From the NCBI GenBank assembly GCA_965222605.1, contig OZ244960.1:3520001-3584000 (forward strand): a stretch of DNA of 64,000 nt, given 5' to 3'. Both the position numbers and the translations under genes were made by a program. The notes under the pieces were generated by a model. It was given only the letters and a program-made list of their open reading frames with translations. It searched no databases and was not told where the DNA came from. Every line of letters starts with the position of its first letter. Within the stretch, counting starts at the first letter, position 1. This DNA comes from Candidatus Latescibacterota bacterium. GTDB taxonomy: Bacteria; Latescibacterota; UBA2968. Shown here one piece after another: positions 1 to 9,771 of the stretch.

Positions 1-1797
1 TATTACGACAAGGCGATGAAAGCGTATTCGCGGCAGATGGCGGTGAACCCCGGTCATCCCATTACGCCTGCGCGTCTGGCTTATGTGGCGATGCGGTTGA
101 AGAGCGCGGGGAAGGAGACCTATAGTCTGGACGACTTGGAGGCGATGGCAAAGACAAAGCCGAAAGAGTATTTGCCGCTTTTGGCCGAGATGTATATTGA
201 GCGGGGGGATTTTGTCCAGGCGCAGGCGGCTTTTGAACGTTATTTTCAGTTTTTGGATCCGACAGAACGAGGGTATTATCAGGATCTGTCTCTGGTGGCT
301 CCTGCCGAGGTGCTTTCCAAAATTCAGGGAGCTTTTGGTCGGTCGCTAATACGGCTTCGAGATGTTTTCTGGCTGGAGCAGGATCCCACGCCAACGACAC
401 AGGTGAACGAGCGCCGCGTTGAGCATTATCGGCGGGTGCATTTCGCGCGCTCAAATTTTGCCGAGGGCCTGGAAGAGTGGCACGGTCGGGGGTGGGACCG
501 GCGGGGCGATGTGTATATTCGGCTGGGGCATCCGGATCATCGGAGTTGGTCGGATTATCTGGTGTTTGAGACGGATGAGAAAGTCGCAAAGGTGAAGAAT
601 CGGCTGAATATGATGGCCGCAAACGCCCTGGAAGAAGTGATGCCGAGCAAGCATGTGCATGGGCAGTCGAGCGCGTCGTATGGATATGGGGCCGGTCCCG
701 AGACGGCTGAGTTGCGGGGTGTGCCGACTTTCCCGATACCGCGCAGGCGCAGTGTGATGCTTGATGGGTCTGAGCTGGGGTATAAGTGGGAGTCGTGGAT
801 TTATGCCGAGGTCGGCGGGGGGATTGAGATTACGTTTCTGGATCCTACGGGTAGCGGTTTTTTCGATTTCGCGCCTATTCCACCCAATTCGCCCAATCAC
901 GCGCTGTGGTCTCGGATGGCCCCCGAGACGGTTGTGGCGCGGGTTGTGTCCCATACGCCTTCGATTTATATGTATGATTACGGTGGTGAACCTCTGGACT
1001 TTTATATGTACACGGCAAATTTCCGCGCATCGGAGCGAGAGACGGCTATGGAGACGTATATGGGGGTGCCGATGGCCGCTTTGACGCCGTCGGGAAATTC
1101 ATATCTGATGCTGGATCGAGAGGTCGTGGTCTATGACCGGTCGCTGAAACCGGTTTTTCGGGATAGTGTGCGGGTGGCTGAAGCTATAAGTGGGCAGGCG
1201 GAGAAGGGGACACTAATGGTGGATCAGGCGCGTGCGGCACTGTCTCCTGGGCAGTATTTATTGGCGGCTCAGGTGCGCGATCCGATAAGTCGAAAAATTC
1301 AGGTGCATAAGACGTATGTCGCGGTTTCATCTTTCCGCGGTGAGGCGTTGGCTCTGAGCGATCTGGAATTGGCGGGGCAGATTGTTGAGGTGGGAGAGCA
1401 GGTAGGGAAGTTCCAAAAGGGGGATTTGCGGGTGGTGCCTCTGCCGTCTAAGATATTTGCGAGGGCGCAACCGGTTTATCTCTATTACGAGATTTATAAT
1501 TTGAGCCGAGATGCGTTTGGGCAAACCCGCTACCGCGTGGAATACAGGCTTAAGGGGATACAGGGCACGGGTCTGATTCGGGGATTGGGACGGCTGTTGA
1601 GCCAAACGCCACGGGCCGATGGGGTGCAGATTTCTTATGAGCATACGGGAACCGCGACCTCAGAGCCGCTTTATATTGCGCTGGATGTGCCCGAGGATAG
1701 CAAGGAGCAATTGGAAATTGAGGTGGTGGTGACGGATTTGAACAAACCGAATACGCCCAGCGTGAGCAAGCAGGCGCGGTTTGTGCTGGGTGATTGA
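1..1797 (+). CDS. GWxTD domain-containing protein with TPR-like N-terminus (5' end probably outside the window)
   Basis: Frame open from base 1; FWLEQDPTPTTQVNERRVEHYRRV and GWDRRGDVYIRLGHPD match the GWxTD-family motifs; C-terminal Ig-like beta domains. Confidence 0.85.
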   Translation, partial: YYDKAMKAYSRQMAVNPGHPITPARLAYVAMRLKSAGKETYSLDDLEAMAKTKPKEYLPLLAEMYIERGDFVQAQAAFERYFQFLDPTERGYYQDLSLVAPAEVLSKIQGAFGRSLIRLRDVFWLEQDPTPTTQVNERRVEHYRRVHFARSNFAEGLEEWHGRGWDRRGDVYIRLGHPDHRSWSDYLVFETDEKVAKVKNRLNMMAANALEEVMPSKHVHGQSSASYGYGAGPETAELRGVPTFPIPRRRSVMLDGSELGYKWESWIYAEVGGGIEITFLDPTGSGFFDFAPIPPNSPNHALWSRMAPETVVARVVSHTPSIYMYDYGGEPLDFYMYTANFRASERETAMETYMGVPMAALTPSGNSYLMLDREVVVYDRSLKPVFRDSVRVAEAISGQAEKGTLMVDQARAALSPGQYLLAAQVRDPISRKIQVHKTYVAVSSFRGEALALSDLELAGQIVEVGEQVGKFQKGDLRVVPLPSKIFARAQPVYLYYEIYNLSRDAFGQTRYRVEYRLKGIQGTGLIRGLGRLLSQTPRADGVQISYEHTGTATSEPLYIALDVPEDSKEQLEIEVVVTDLNKPNTPSVSKQARFVLGD

Positions 1798-1823
1798 TAG
1801 GCGCGATCAACAGGAGGAATGCC

Positions 1824-2276
1824 ATGATGCAAACAAGCAAAAGCATGTCCACCACAATTGAGGAAGACGTTATCCAAAGTGGCGAGGAGGTTGCAGACGA
1901 TGCCCGCGTCTTTGAGGGGACCGATGTGCCTGTGAAGAAACTTTTCTACTATCTGGAAAAAGGGTACAATCTGCACATTTTCTTAGACTATTTTCCATCA
2001 GTGAGCCGCGAGCAGGCGGTGGAGGAAATCGAAAAGAGGGTGCGCGAGAATGCGAGCGGTGTCGTTCACAGCCGCAAGGACACCATGAGCGGCCTGCCCG
2101 TGTTCAAAGGAACCCGCGTGCCTGTAAAAAATCTGTTCGACTATCTTGCAGCTGGAGATAATCTGGACGAGTTTTTGTGTGGCTTTCCAAGTGTGAGCCG
2201 TGAGCAGGCAGTGAAGGTACTCGATATGGCGAAAGAGGCTTTGGAGAGTTACGCTTATGAGAGTGCTTCTCGATGA
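1824..2276 (+). CDS. Tandem DUF433-domain antitoxin (VapB45-like)
   Basis: RBS AGGAGG before ATG 1824; two copies of the motif VFxGTxVPVKxLFxYLxxGxNLxxFLxxFPSVSREQAV. Confidence 0.85.
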   Translation: MMQTSKSMSTTIEEDVIQSGEEVADDARVFEGTDVPVKKLFYYLEKGYNLHIFLDYFPSVSREQAVEEIEKRVRENASGVVHSRKDTMSGLPVFKGTRVPVKNLFDYLAAGDNLDEFLCGFPSVSREQAVKVLDMAKEALESYAYESASR

Positions 2277-2577
2277 ATCCGTACCAAGACAGCTAAGACG
2301 CCATTTACCCGGGCATGTGGTGCGGACAGCGAGAGACATGCAATGGGACGGCAAGAGCAATGGTGAGTTTTTGGCTTTGGCCAGGGATAATTTTGATGCC
2401 TTTATTACTGCCGATCAGCATATAGAGCATCAACAGAACATAACCGAAGAGGATATTCCAATCATCGTGCTCATTGCAAGAGGTAATCGCATTGCGGACT
2501 ATCTACCGATAATCTCCGACATACTGAGTGCTCTATCTAATGTGAAACGCGGAGAAGTCGTCGGCGTTGGAGCCTGA
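2257..2577 (+). CDS. DUF5615 family PIN-like toxin (VapC45-like)
   Basis: MRVLLDESVP...NGEFL...FITADQ; overlaps the DUF433 gene, the usual pairing. Confidence 0.85.
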   Translation: MRVLLDESVPRQLRRHLPGHVVRTARDMQWDGKSNGEFLALARDNFDAFITADQHIEHQQNITEEDIPIIVLIARGNRIADYLPIISDILSALSNVKRGEVVGVGA

Positions 2578-2610
2578 TAGCTCGAGGAACTTGCTCCGAT
2601 CCATAGAGCT

Positions 2611-3630
2611 TTAATAGATGCGTTTGATAATGTGATACCCTGCTGGAGTTCTAACTGGTCCGCCGACCTTACCTGGTTCGATTTTCTTTACGGCCTGTTC
2701 AAATCCGGGCAAGAGTGTGCCGGGTAGAAAAGCGCCGAGGTCGCCGCCCCGTCGCCCCGATGCCGTGTCGGTAGAATAGAGCCGTGCAAGCGCTTCAAAT
2801 TTGGCACCTGAGTTGAGTTGTTCGAGCAATTTGTGGGCGTCGGCTTCGGTTTTGACGAGGATGTGTTGGGCGCGCATTTCTCCGGCTTCGCGTGCTCTTT
2901 GGAGCGTTTCTATGCGCGTTTTGGACTCTCGAAGATTTTCCTGAGCCAGCGGGTGATTGGGTTGGAGACGGACGGCGGTTTGAAAGTGTTGAATGGCGTC
3001 TTCATACTGGTCCAATTCGAGGTACGCACTGCCCATGTTATTGTACGCATCGGCAAAATTGGGTTTGTAGCGGATGGCTTTTTCGTATTGTGGGATGGCG
3101 TCTCGATACCGACCTTCGTAAGTGTAGAGCAGGCCCAGGTTGTGGTAAACGTCGGCGTAGTCGGGTTTGAGTTTGAGAGCCTGCTGGTAGCTGACTTCGG
3201 CTTCCCGGTGATTGCCAGCCATGGTGTGGGCAGCGCCCAGGTTGTTGTGGATTTCGTGGTTTTCGGGATCGTATTGGAGGGCGCGCTGGTACGCGACAAT
3301 GGCGCTGTCGAATTGGCTATGAGCGACATAGGCGACGCCCAGGTTGAAGTGGGCTTCGGCAAAGTCGGGTTTGGCGGCTATGGCTTTTTGATATTGTGCT
3401 ATGGCATTGGGATATTGGCCTTTTCCAACATAGAGATAACCGAGGTTGTTGCGGGCGTCAAACGCATCGGGACTCAGGGCGAGGATGGCTTTGTATTCTT
3501 CGATGGCGAGGTCGATTTTGCCTTCATGACGATATTTTTCGGCCTGTTCAAAGTGGATGCGGACCTGGCGTTCAGTGCAGCCGAAGAGCAGGATGGTTGA
3601 GAGGATCAAAAGGTAAGTGCGTGGAATCAT
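2611..3630 (-). CDS. TPR-repeat lipoprotein with C-terminal parvulin (PpiC) peptidyl-prolyl isomerase
   Basis: Lipobox LFGC; about six TPRs (AHFNLG, HNNLG); RAQHILV...GGDLG...GYHIIK parvulin motifs. Confidence 0.9.
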   Translation of the reverse strand: MIPRTYLLILSTILLFGCTERQVRIHFEQAEKYRHEGKIDLAIEEYKAILALSPDAFDARNNLGYLYVGKGQYPNAIAQYQKAIAAKPDFAEAHFNLGVAYVAHSQFDSAIVAYQRALQYDPENHEIHNNLGAAHTMAGNHREAEVSYQQALKLKPDYADVYHNLGLLYTYEGRYRDAIPQYEKAIRYKPNFADAYNNMGSAYLELDQYEDAIQHFQTAVRLQPNHPLAQENLRESKTRIETLQRAREAGEMRAQHILVKTEADAHKLLEQLNSGAKFEALARLYSTDTASGRRGGDLGAFLPGTLLPGFEQAVKKIEPGKVGGPVRTPAGYHIIKRIY

Positions 3631-3731
3631 AAATTAAAGGATGCCGATTTCGCGCAAGACGCGCAGTGTGTTGGGCAGGGAGTGTCTAATAAAAAATAGT
3701 GTGTTTTAGTCTTTGGGACAACTTAAAAGCG

Positions 3732-3818
3732 GATCAGGATTTTCAGGATTAAAGGATATTCAGGATTAAAACCCGGGAGATGGGCGGGCTGACCACTGAA
3801 AGCTTAAAGCTGAAAGCT
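3732..3818. repeat. Short-period tandem repeats (AGGATT-type and CTGAAAG-type)
   Basis: ggatcaggattttcaggattaaaggatattcaggatt and ctgaaagcttaaagctgaaagct in the divergent intergenic region. Confidence 0.7.
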
Positions 3819-3823
3819 AATTT

Positions 3824-6352
3824 ATGAAACTCCACTTCTTGGGTGGTGCCGATGAGGTCGGTGCTTCCTGCACATTAATTGAGATTGAAGGTCGGCGCAT
3901 TCTGGTGGATGCGGGTATTCGAATGGGGGCTGCACAGGGGTCGCAGTTGCCCAATTTTTCGGTGCTGGACGATGTGGGCATGCCCGATGAGGTGCTGATT
4001 ACACACGCGCATACCGATCATACGGGTGCGTTGCCGGTTTTGGTGAGTAGTTTGCCGGCGGGTGTGAAGGTGTATTGTACGCCTGCGACGAAGGCGATTA
4101 CACAGGTGTTGTTGTCAGATGCTGTGAAATTGATGGCGCAAGACCGGGATGGTGAGTTGCCTCTTTATCCGCCCGAGGCGGCCGATGAGGCATTGGGGCG
4201 CATGGTGGGCGTGCCGTGGCTTGCAACAGTGCCGATTTGTGACGGCGCGTTGACCGCGACCTGGATTCCCGCGGGGCATATTTTGGGTGCGGCATTGATC
4301 TATATTGAGGGTGTGCGAGAAAGTGTTTTGATGACGGGCGATGTGTCGGTTGCCAATCAGTTGACGATTCCGGGCATGGTTGTGCCGCAGTGTCGGCCCG
4401 ATGTGATGGTGATGGAATCGACGTATGGCAATCGCCAGCACGCGGATCGCGCTCAGCAAGAGGCCGCGCTCGCATTGCGCGTGGCCGAGGTGATTGAAGC
4501 GGGTGGCAAGGTGTTGATTCCCGCTTTTGCCGTGGGGCGTTCTCAGGAGGTTATTTTGATTTTGGCGCGGGCTATGCGGCGCAAGCAGATTCCCGAGTTT
4601 CCCGTGTTTGTCGATGGGATGGTGCGGTCGGTCAATGCGGTATATGCGGCTTTTGGGGATGATCTTTCGCCATCGGTGCGGCGCAGGGCAGAGCGCGATG
4701 AGGGTGTTTTTTATTCGGATACTGTGGGGGCGGTGTCGTCATCTGCTGATCGCCGCCGGGTTTTGTCGGGGCCGCCGTGTTGTGTTGTGGCGTCTTCGGG
4801 GATGTTGATCGGGGGCGCGTCGAGTTATTATGCGGAGCGTTTGGCTGGCGATGCGGCGAATTTGATTGCTATAACGGGGTATCAGGATGAGGAGTCTCCC
4901 GGGCGTGCGCTGTTGGATCTGATGCAGGCGAGAGATCCCGAGGAGCGCGTGTTGATGCTGAATGGACAGCGCGTGCGCGTGGCGTGTCAGGTGGAACCCT
5001 ATTCGCTTTCGGCGCATGCAGATGGGGGTGAACTTGCGGGATTGGTTCAGAGGTTGAAACCGCGTACCTGTTTTCTGGTACACGGCGATGTAGAGGCGCG
5101 AGGCGCGTTGTCTTCGATGGTGGATGTTTATTTGCAAGAGGGCGTGCAATTGCCGGAAAATGGCGGTGCATATACGGTGGAGACAGTGCAGAAGATGCGA
5201 CAACGCGGCTATGGTCGGCGCGTTTTGCGAGCGGGTATTGCAGGCGGAAGACCGCTGAGTGATGATACGCTTTCCGAGGTGCAAAATTATGTGGTGGAAA
5301 CTGGCGCGCAGGGGCCGTTTCGCGCGCAGGAATTGGCGGAGATTTGGTTTGGTACGGAGATGACGACGCCGTCAGAGGTGGAGGCTTTTCGGTTGTTGTT
5401 GTCGGATTCGCGGGAATTTTTTGAGCCGGATTATCGGCGCGCGTATTTGTTCCATCCAAAAGAGGTGTCAGAAGCCGGACCGATGGAGATGAATGAAGCC
5501 CGCGCGCGTATTATGTCGGTTTTTCCGCCTGAGGCGGGATTGTTTAAGTGCAGTGCGTATATAGATGACGGTGTGTATGAACTGTCTTTTTATTTTCCCG
5601 ATGTGGTTCGAGAGCAGTATGGCGAGACGCTGTCCAGATTAGAGAATGAAACGGGTTGGTCGCTCAGGCTGCGGGAAACGCCGCATCAGGGACGGCTTTT
5701 TGAAGAGGCGCAAGATGCAGTGCCCGCGGGTACAAGGGTTTTGAAAGCGCCAGCGTTGCATCTGGATCAAAAGGCGGTGGTATTGGCTGTTGCTGTATCA
5801 AAGGATGGAGTGGATGATTGGGAGCGGGTAAGCGGTGATGCGGCAGCGGGCTTTAAGGCAAAGACGGGTTTTGATTTGATATGGCGGCCGGATCATCAGG
5901 TGCAGACAAAGGTAAAGGCAGAAGTCGCAATGAAGCGAGCGGATGCATGGGAGATCAATAAAGCATACAGCGAGATCCGAAAGGCATTAGAGGACCAACC
6001 TCACGCGCCATCAAAAATGGGTCTGAAGAGCGGTTCGTATATTGAGGTGGCTTTTATTTCCTCTCAGGTGGGCAATCGCTATCGCGGATTGCTAAACGCG
6101 GTGGGCGAGAGGATTGGGTGGGAGATTCAGGTGCGTCCGTCAGCCAATCAAGATGAGATTGCCCGAGAAGCGCGTGCAATTACGCCAGAAGAATGTGTGG
6201 TGCGCGGCGCGGCGAAAATTTATTTGACTGAAAATCGCGTGGAGGTGCCGGTGGCGATAGTGCCAGAGGATGCAGATACACGCGCGACAGCGTTTGAAGA
6301 AAGTACAGGGTTTACAATTGAGTGGGAAGAGGCGAAAAGCAACCACAGATAA
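3824..6352 (+). CDS. MBL-fold beta-CASP ribonuclease (COG1236-like) with long C-terminal extension
   Basis: LGGADEVGASC, THAHTDH, AGHILG, TGD, MESTYG, GRSQE, LSAHAD and LVHG motifs. Confidence 0.9.
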   Translation: MKLHFLGGADEVGASCTLIEIEGRRILVDAGIRMGAAQGSQLPNFSVLDDVGMPDEVLITHAHTDHTGALPVLVSSLPAGVKVYCTPATKAITQVLLSDAVKLMAQDRDGELPLYPPEAADEALGRMVGVPWLATVPICDGALTATWIPAGHILGAALIYIEGVRESVLMTGDVSVANQLTIPGMVVPQCRPDVMVMESTYGNRQHADRAQQEAALALRVAEVIEAGGKVLIPAFAVGRSQEVILILARAMRRKQIPEFPVFVDGMVRSVNAVYAAFGDDLSPSVRRRAERDEGVFYSDTVGAVSSSADRRRVLSGPPCCVVASSGMLIGGASSYYAERLAGDAANLIAITGYQDEESPGRALLDLMQARDPEERVLMLNGQRVRVACQVEPYSLSAHADGGELAGLVQRLKPRTCFLVHGDVEARGALSSMVDVYLQEGVQLPENGGAYTVETVQKMRQRGYGRRVLRAGIAGGRPLSDDTLSEVQNYVVETGAQGPFRAQELAEIWFGTEMTTPSEVEAFRLLLSDSREFFEPDYRRAYLFHPKEVSEAGPMEMNEARARIMSVFPPEAGLFKCSAYIDDGVYELSFYFPDVVREQYGETLSRLENETGWSLRLRETPHQGRLFEEAQDAVPAGTRVLKAPALHLDQKAVVLAVAVSKDGVDDWERVSGDAAAGFKAKTGFDLIWRPDHQVQTKVKAEVAMKRADAWEINKAYSEIRKALEDQPHAPSKMGLKSGSYIEVAFISSQVGNRYRGLLNAVGERIGWEIQVRPSANQDEIAREARAITPEECVVRGAAKIYLTENRVEVPVAIVPEDADTRATAFEESTGFTIEWEEAKSNHR

Positions 6353-6488
6353 ACACAGATGAACACAGAGTGAGAGGTGAGAGGCTGGGGCTGTCTCACG
6401 TCTTATATCTTAGTGTGTGGAACTGCTGGTGAAGCGTCGCAGTTGTACACCGTTCCGTGTCTTTGTGTGAGGCCCTCTCACGTCTCAC
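6341..6488. repeat. CACAGAT tandem repeat plus 15-bp inverted repeat of heptamers
   Basis: ccacagat-aaacacagat-gaacacaga; gtgagaggtgagagg (6370-6384) pairs with cctctcacgtctcac (6474-6488) at 14/15. Confidence 0.7.
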
Positions 6489-6507
6489 GTTTTTTAGGAG
6501 GCATAAA

Positions 6508-7641
6508 ATGAGTGAATTTCCAAGTCCGTTTGCAAATCCGATGCCAGGGGTGCGTGTTGTGGAAGGCGCGCCGGCGCTTTCAAGGCCGACCAGGGAAGAG
6601 GTTGAAGCGTTTCCCACAGAGGCGGTTAAATTGCTGGATCAGCGGCGGTCGGCACAGCGCGCCGCTGTGGATAGATACGCGCTCAATTGGGCAAAGGGAC
6701 GACATTTTGTCATTATTGGTGGGACGGGGTTGGGCATTGGCTGTTCGGTGGCAGTGGCTTTGCTCGAGTTGGTTGCCGAGAGCGGAAGTCTGACGGTGGT
6801 GGCACGCGATTTGTCAAGGTCGCTGGGATATGCGACGGGTGAGGAGATGCAGATGCGCGCAGAGGCTGCTAATTTTGGCGACCGTTTTCATTGGATTAAT
6901 GATGGGTATGATCTGGAGGGGAGGGCATTGGACAAAATTGTCGCAGCGCTCAAAGCAGCCAATGCCGAGGATGTGATTTATATCAATTCAATGGCAGCAG
7001 CGAGTTCGGGCGTGTTGCCGGGTTATCCTCCAGCATTTGTGAAGGATGTCGATGCAGAGGGTTTGTTCCAGTGGCAATTGACACCTCTGCCCGAGCGGGC
7101 CGTTGAAGCGACCAAATTTGTGATGGGCGATATGGCTGTGCAGTTTACAGATGTGCTGATGGATTCGGAAATTTCCGTGGCTGTGACGGCTTTTTGCGAT
7201 TGGCGCGGTAGTTTGGATAAGCCGAGCCGCGATCCAAAAGCTGTGGAATACGGGCGCAATGGCGCGTATTCGACGAGTTTGTATTTGCCCAAGGACGCGC
7301 TTCATGCGGCGACTTCGGCGGCTTATGGTACAGATCGGAAGGTGATAGATGTGTTTTTTCCGGTGATGCGGACGCGCGCTTTGCCGTTTATTCCAGGCGG
7401 TACGACGATGTCTTATGTGTATGATAAATTGATGGAAAGAGCGGGTATCCGGCGCGTGGATGTGCCGGAGTTGGGATTGGGGATGCTGGATACGATTGGC
7501 AAGACATTGACGACGGATGATTTTAATCCTTTTCCGCGATTGGACGCGCATGAGATGTCGCTGGATTTGTGGTTCTATGAGGTGGTAAAGCAGTTGAATG
7601 AAGATGAAAATAGTCCGTTTTATTACAAGAGATGGTTTTAG
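6508..7641 (+). CDS. Divergent FabV/trans-2-enoyl-CoA reductase-like oxidoreductase
   Basis: RBS AGGAGG; Rossmann motif IIGGTGLGIG; FabV-like segments PVMRTRALPFIP, YDKLMERAG and RLDAHE. Confidence 0.5.
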   Translation: MSEFPSPFANPMPGVRVVEGAPALSRPTREEVEAFPTEAVKLLDQRRSAQRAAVDRYALNWAKGRHFVIIGGTGLGIGCSVAVALLELVAESGSLTVVARDLSRSLGYATGEEMQMRAEAANFGDRFHWINDGYDLEGRALDKIVAALKAANAEDVIYINSMAAASSGVLPGYPPAFVKDVDAEGLFQWQLTPLPERAVEATKFVMGDMAVQFTDVLMDSEISVAVTAFCDWRGSLDKPSRDPKAVEYGRNGAYSTSLYLPKDALHAATSAAYGTDRKVIDVFFPVMRTRALPFIPGGTTMSYVYDKLMERAGIRRVDVPELGLGMLDTIGKTLTTDDFNPFPRLDAHEMSLDLWFYEVVKQLNEDENSPFYYKRWF

Positions 7642-7724
7642 AGGAGAGGGAAAAAAGAAGACAGCGAAAAATTGGCATTGGCAAGACCTGTACTTTTCAA
7701 TACACCAGGATACACATTGAACAG

Positions 7725-7846
7725 GTGTATCCATCTGTTTACATAAGTGTATCCATCCGTTTACACCTATTTATATTTATATAAATCAGTCATTTATTTG
7801 TGTTTTTCTTAAATGAGCGATTATAAGTGTATCCTGTTGTTTACAC
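7725..7846. promoter_or_regulatory. Three 20-bp imperfect palindromes GTGTATCC-N4-GTTTACA(C/T); putative enhancer-binding-protein sites
   Basis: Copies at 7725-7744, 7747-7766 and 7827-7846; inverted half-site GGATACAC at 7708-7715. Confidence 0.65.
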
Positions 7847-7954
7847 TTGTAACTGACTGTCACATTTGCAACACAAATAATTCTTAAAATTTATCTCTTT
7901 GTTTTTCAAGCACTTGAGCGTCTTCAAGTGTTTTTTTTGTTTAAAAACGTTTTC

Positions 7955-7969
7955 AGGCACGCATTTTGC
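7955..7969 (+). promoter_or_regulatory. Sigma-54 (-24/-12) promoter
   Basis: AGGCACGCATTTTGC: GG at 7956-57, exactly 10 nt, GC at 7968-69; IHF-like sites and UAS upstream. Confidence 0.65.
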
Positions 7970-8151
7970 GCTATAAAAAGGGGAAGACCGTAAAGACACT
8001 AAATTTTTGCATGAAAGGAGGATAACATGACAACGGCAACGTGACACAAGCTGACTTTGAGCGGTTAATGACAGATATGGCTGACCTGTCTATACTTTGC
8101 AGGGACAGGATAAATACTTTTTGACACGAGCAACCCAAACAAGGAGATTAG

Positions 8152-8916
8152 ATGAAACGATTTTTGAAGCAATGGACGATACCCATTCTGGGATTAATTG
8201 TGCTGAGCCATACCGCCGAGGCACAACAATCTTTTCGTGCAAAGGCAATTGCTCAGATTGCAGAACAATTTCCCAATAGCGACAAGTCACCCCAACAGAT
8301 TTACGACGAAGGACTCATCTGGCATACTGCAAAAATATTTGTCAAACAATTCAGAAATTTCGAGTTGGGGGCATTGACAGGGCCAATTGACGAAGATAGT
8401 TACCGCACAGTGCCCGGACCAATGGGTTCAGTCACTGACAGTACAGCGACGCCTATGGATCCAGGATCTGTTCCCGGCGGTATAACCACAGATGATACCC
8501 CATCCGTTGGGGCGACTGAATCTGACTCTACCACTCATATCCTCACCCAGCGCATTGACCGGCGCTCTATATTCTTCAGTGAAGGGCACGCAGTGACCAC
8601 AACCGCCGAGCAAGATTATACTGAGGCGGAGCGTCGAGAGATTCGCAAGACCTTCCTGAGCATGTTTGATGGCTTGCCCCAAGACGTGCGTATCGTGATC
8701 GAGTTGGGAAGCATACAGTATCACGGTCAAACAGCCACGGTTACAGCGCAGTGGAAGTATGACATCGTAGGTCATGCCACGCGGTTGAGTCGTCCTTACA
8801 AAGACCAGTCTCCGGGTTCCCTCACACTGCAAATGTTGCGAGTGGGCGACAATTGGTTGGTGACAGACTTTCGCGGTTTGGTCAATGGTTTGAAAACCGA
8901 TGTGACAAGCCGCTAA
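8152..8916 (+). CDS. Secreted hypothetical protein (possible NTF2-like C-terminus)
   Basis: RBS AAGGAG; signal peptide ending AEA; C-terminal ATVTAQWKY...LRVGDNWLV pattern. Confidence 0.7.
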   Translation: MKRFLKQWTIPILGLIVLSHTAEAQQSFRAKAIAQIAEQFPNSDKSPQQIYDEGLIWHTAKIFVKQFRNFELGALTGPIDEDSYRTVPGPMGSVTDSTATPMDPGSVPGGITTDDTPSVGATESDSTTHILTQRIDRRSIFFSEGHAVTTTAEQDYTEAERREIRKTFLSMFDGLPQDVRIVIELGSIQYHGQTATVTAQWKYDIVGHATRLSRPYKDQSPGSLTLQMLRVGDNWLVTDFRGLVNGLKTDVTSR

Positions 8917-8931
8917 ATAGCGGAGGTTGCC

Positions 8932-9744
8932 ATGAGGTGCTTTTGGTGCATTTTGCTTGCGTTTTGTATCCTGAGTTGTGGTGATAAAGGTACTGGACCA
9001 GAAATAGAACCAGAGCCAGAACCCATCCCCAAACCTCTGACAAGTGACCTGATCATTGACCTGCCGGGCGGGGTAAGAATGGCCTTTATATGGGTAGAAC
9101 CGGGCACGCTTAGAGCGGAAATGCCAATTAGAAATCCATCGACAGGGAAAATTAGACACCATATTCGTATAATGGAAATCCCCAAAGGCTTTTATCTTGG
9201 GAAGTATGAACTCACGCAGCAACAGTGGGAGCAAGTGATGCACACCTTACCCTGGCCCCAAAGAGAGGAGACCGGTTTTACGGAACCGGTTTATCCTGCC
9301 TATAATATTTCTTGGGTTGATGCACAAGAGTTCGCGAAAAAGCTGACCGAACTTCAAAATGACAGCCTATACCGATTACCAACCTCCATGGAATGGGAAT
9401 ATGCCAGTCGAGCCGGTGCAAAAACAAACTGGTTCTTTGGTAGTAGCTCTGATTCTCTAAGTGACTACGCCTGGTGGGGCAAGAATGTGGATAGCGCGCA
9501 AATTGTGGGTACTAAGTTGCCCAATCCCTGGGGATTTTATGATATATATGGCAATGTGTGGGAGTGGACACAGAGTGGACTCGGGTCTCGAATAAATCCA
9601 ACACGTTATATAAAAGGCGGTAGTTATGATACGTCAGCGTTGGACGCGAGCTCTATAGGGTTTGTCCCTGCCGGTACTCCTGCGCGCAGTCCACAACTGG
9701 GTGTGCGAATATTGCGAGAAGGTCCAAAAGTCTCGCAGCCGTAA
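8932..9744 (+). CDS. FGE-sulfatase (SUMF1-like) domain lipoprotein
   Basis: Lipobox ILSC; FYLGKYELTQQQW, YRLPTSMEWEYASRAG, PNPWGFYDIYGNVWEW, KGGSY. Confidence 0.88.
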   Translation: MRCFWCILLAFCILSCGDKGTGPEIEPEPEPIPKPLTSDLIIDLPGGVRMAFIWVEPGTLRAEMPIRNPSTGKIRHHIRIMEIPKGFYLGKYELTQQQWEQVMHTLPWPQREETGFTEPVYPAYNISWVDAQEFAKKLTELQNDSLYRLPTSMEWEYASRAGAKTNWFFGSSSDSLSDYAWWGKNVDSAQIVGTKLPNPWGFYDIYGNVWEWTQSGLGSRINPTRYIKGGSYDTSALDASSIGFVPAGTPARSPQLGVRILREGPKVSQP

Positions 9745-9771
9745 AAAAGGCATCGAAAGAACAATCATTAT

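Noticed and set aside
8932-9744. FGE-domain lipoprotein as the sulfatase-maturing enzyme or as a DGR target
   Set aside because: The catalytic Cys pair after the GGS motif is absent, and I saw no template repeat or reverse transcriptase in the window.
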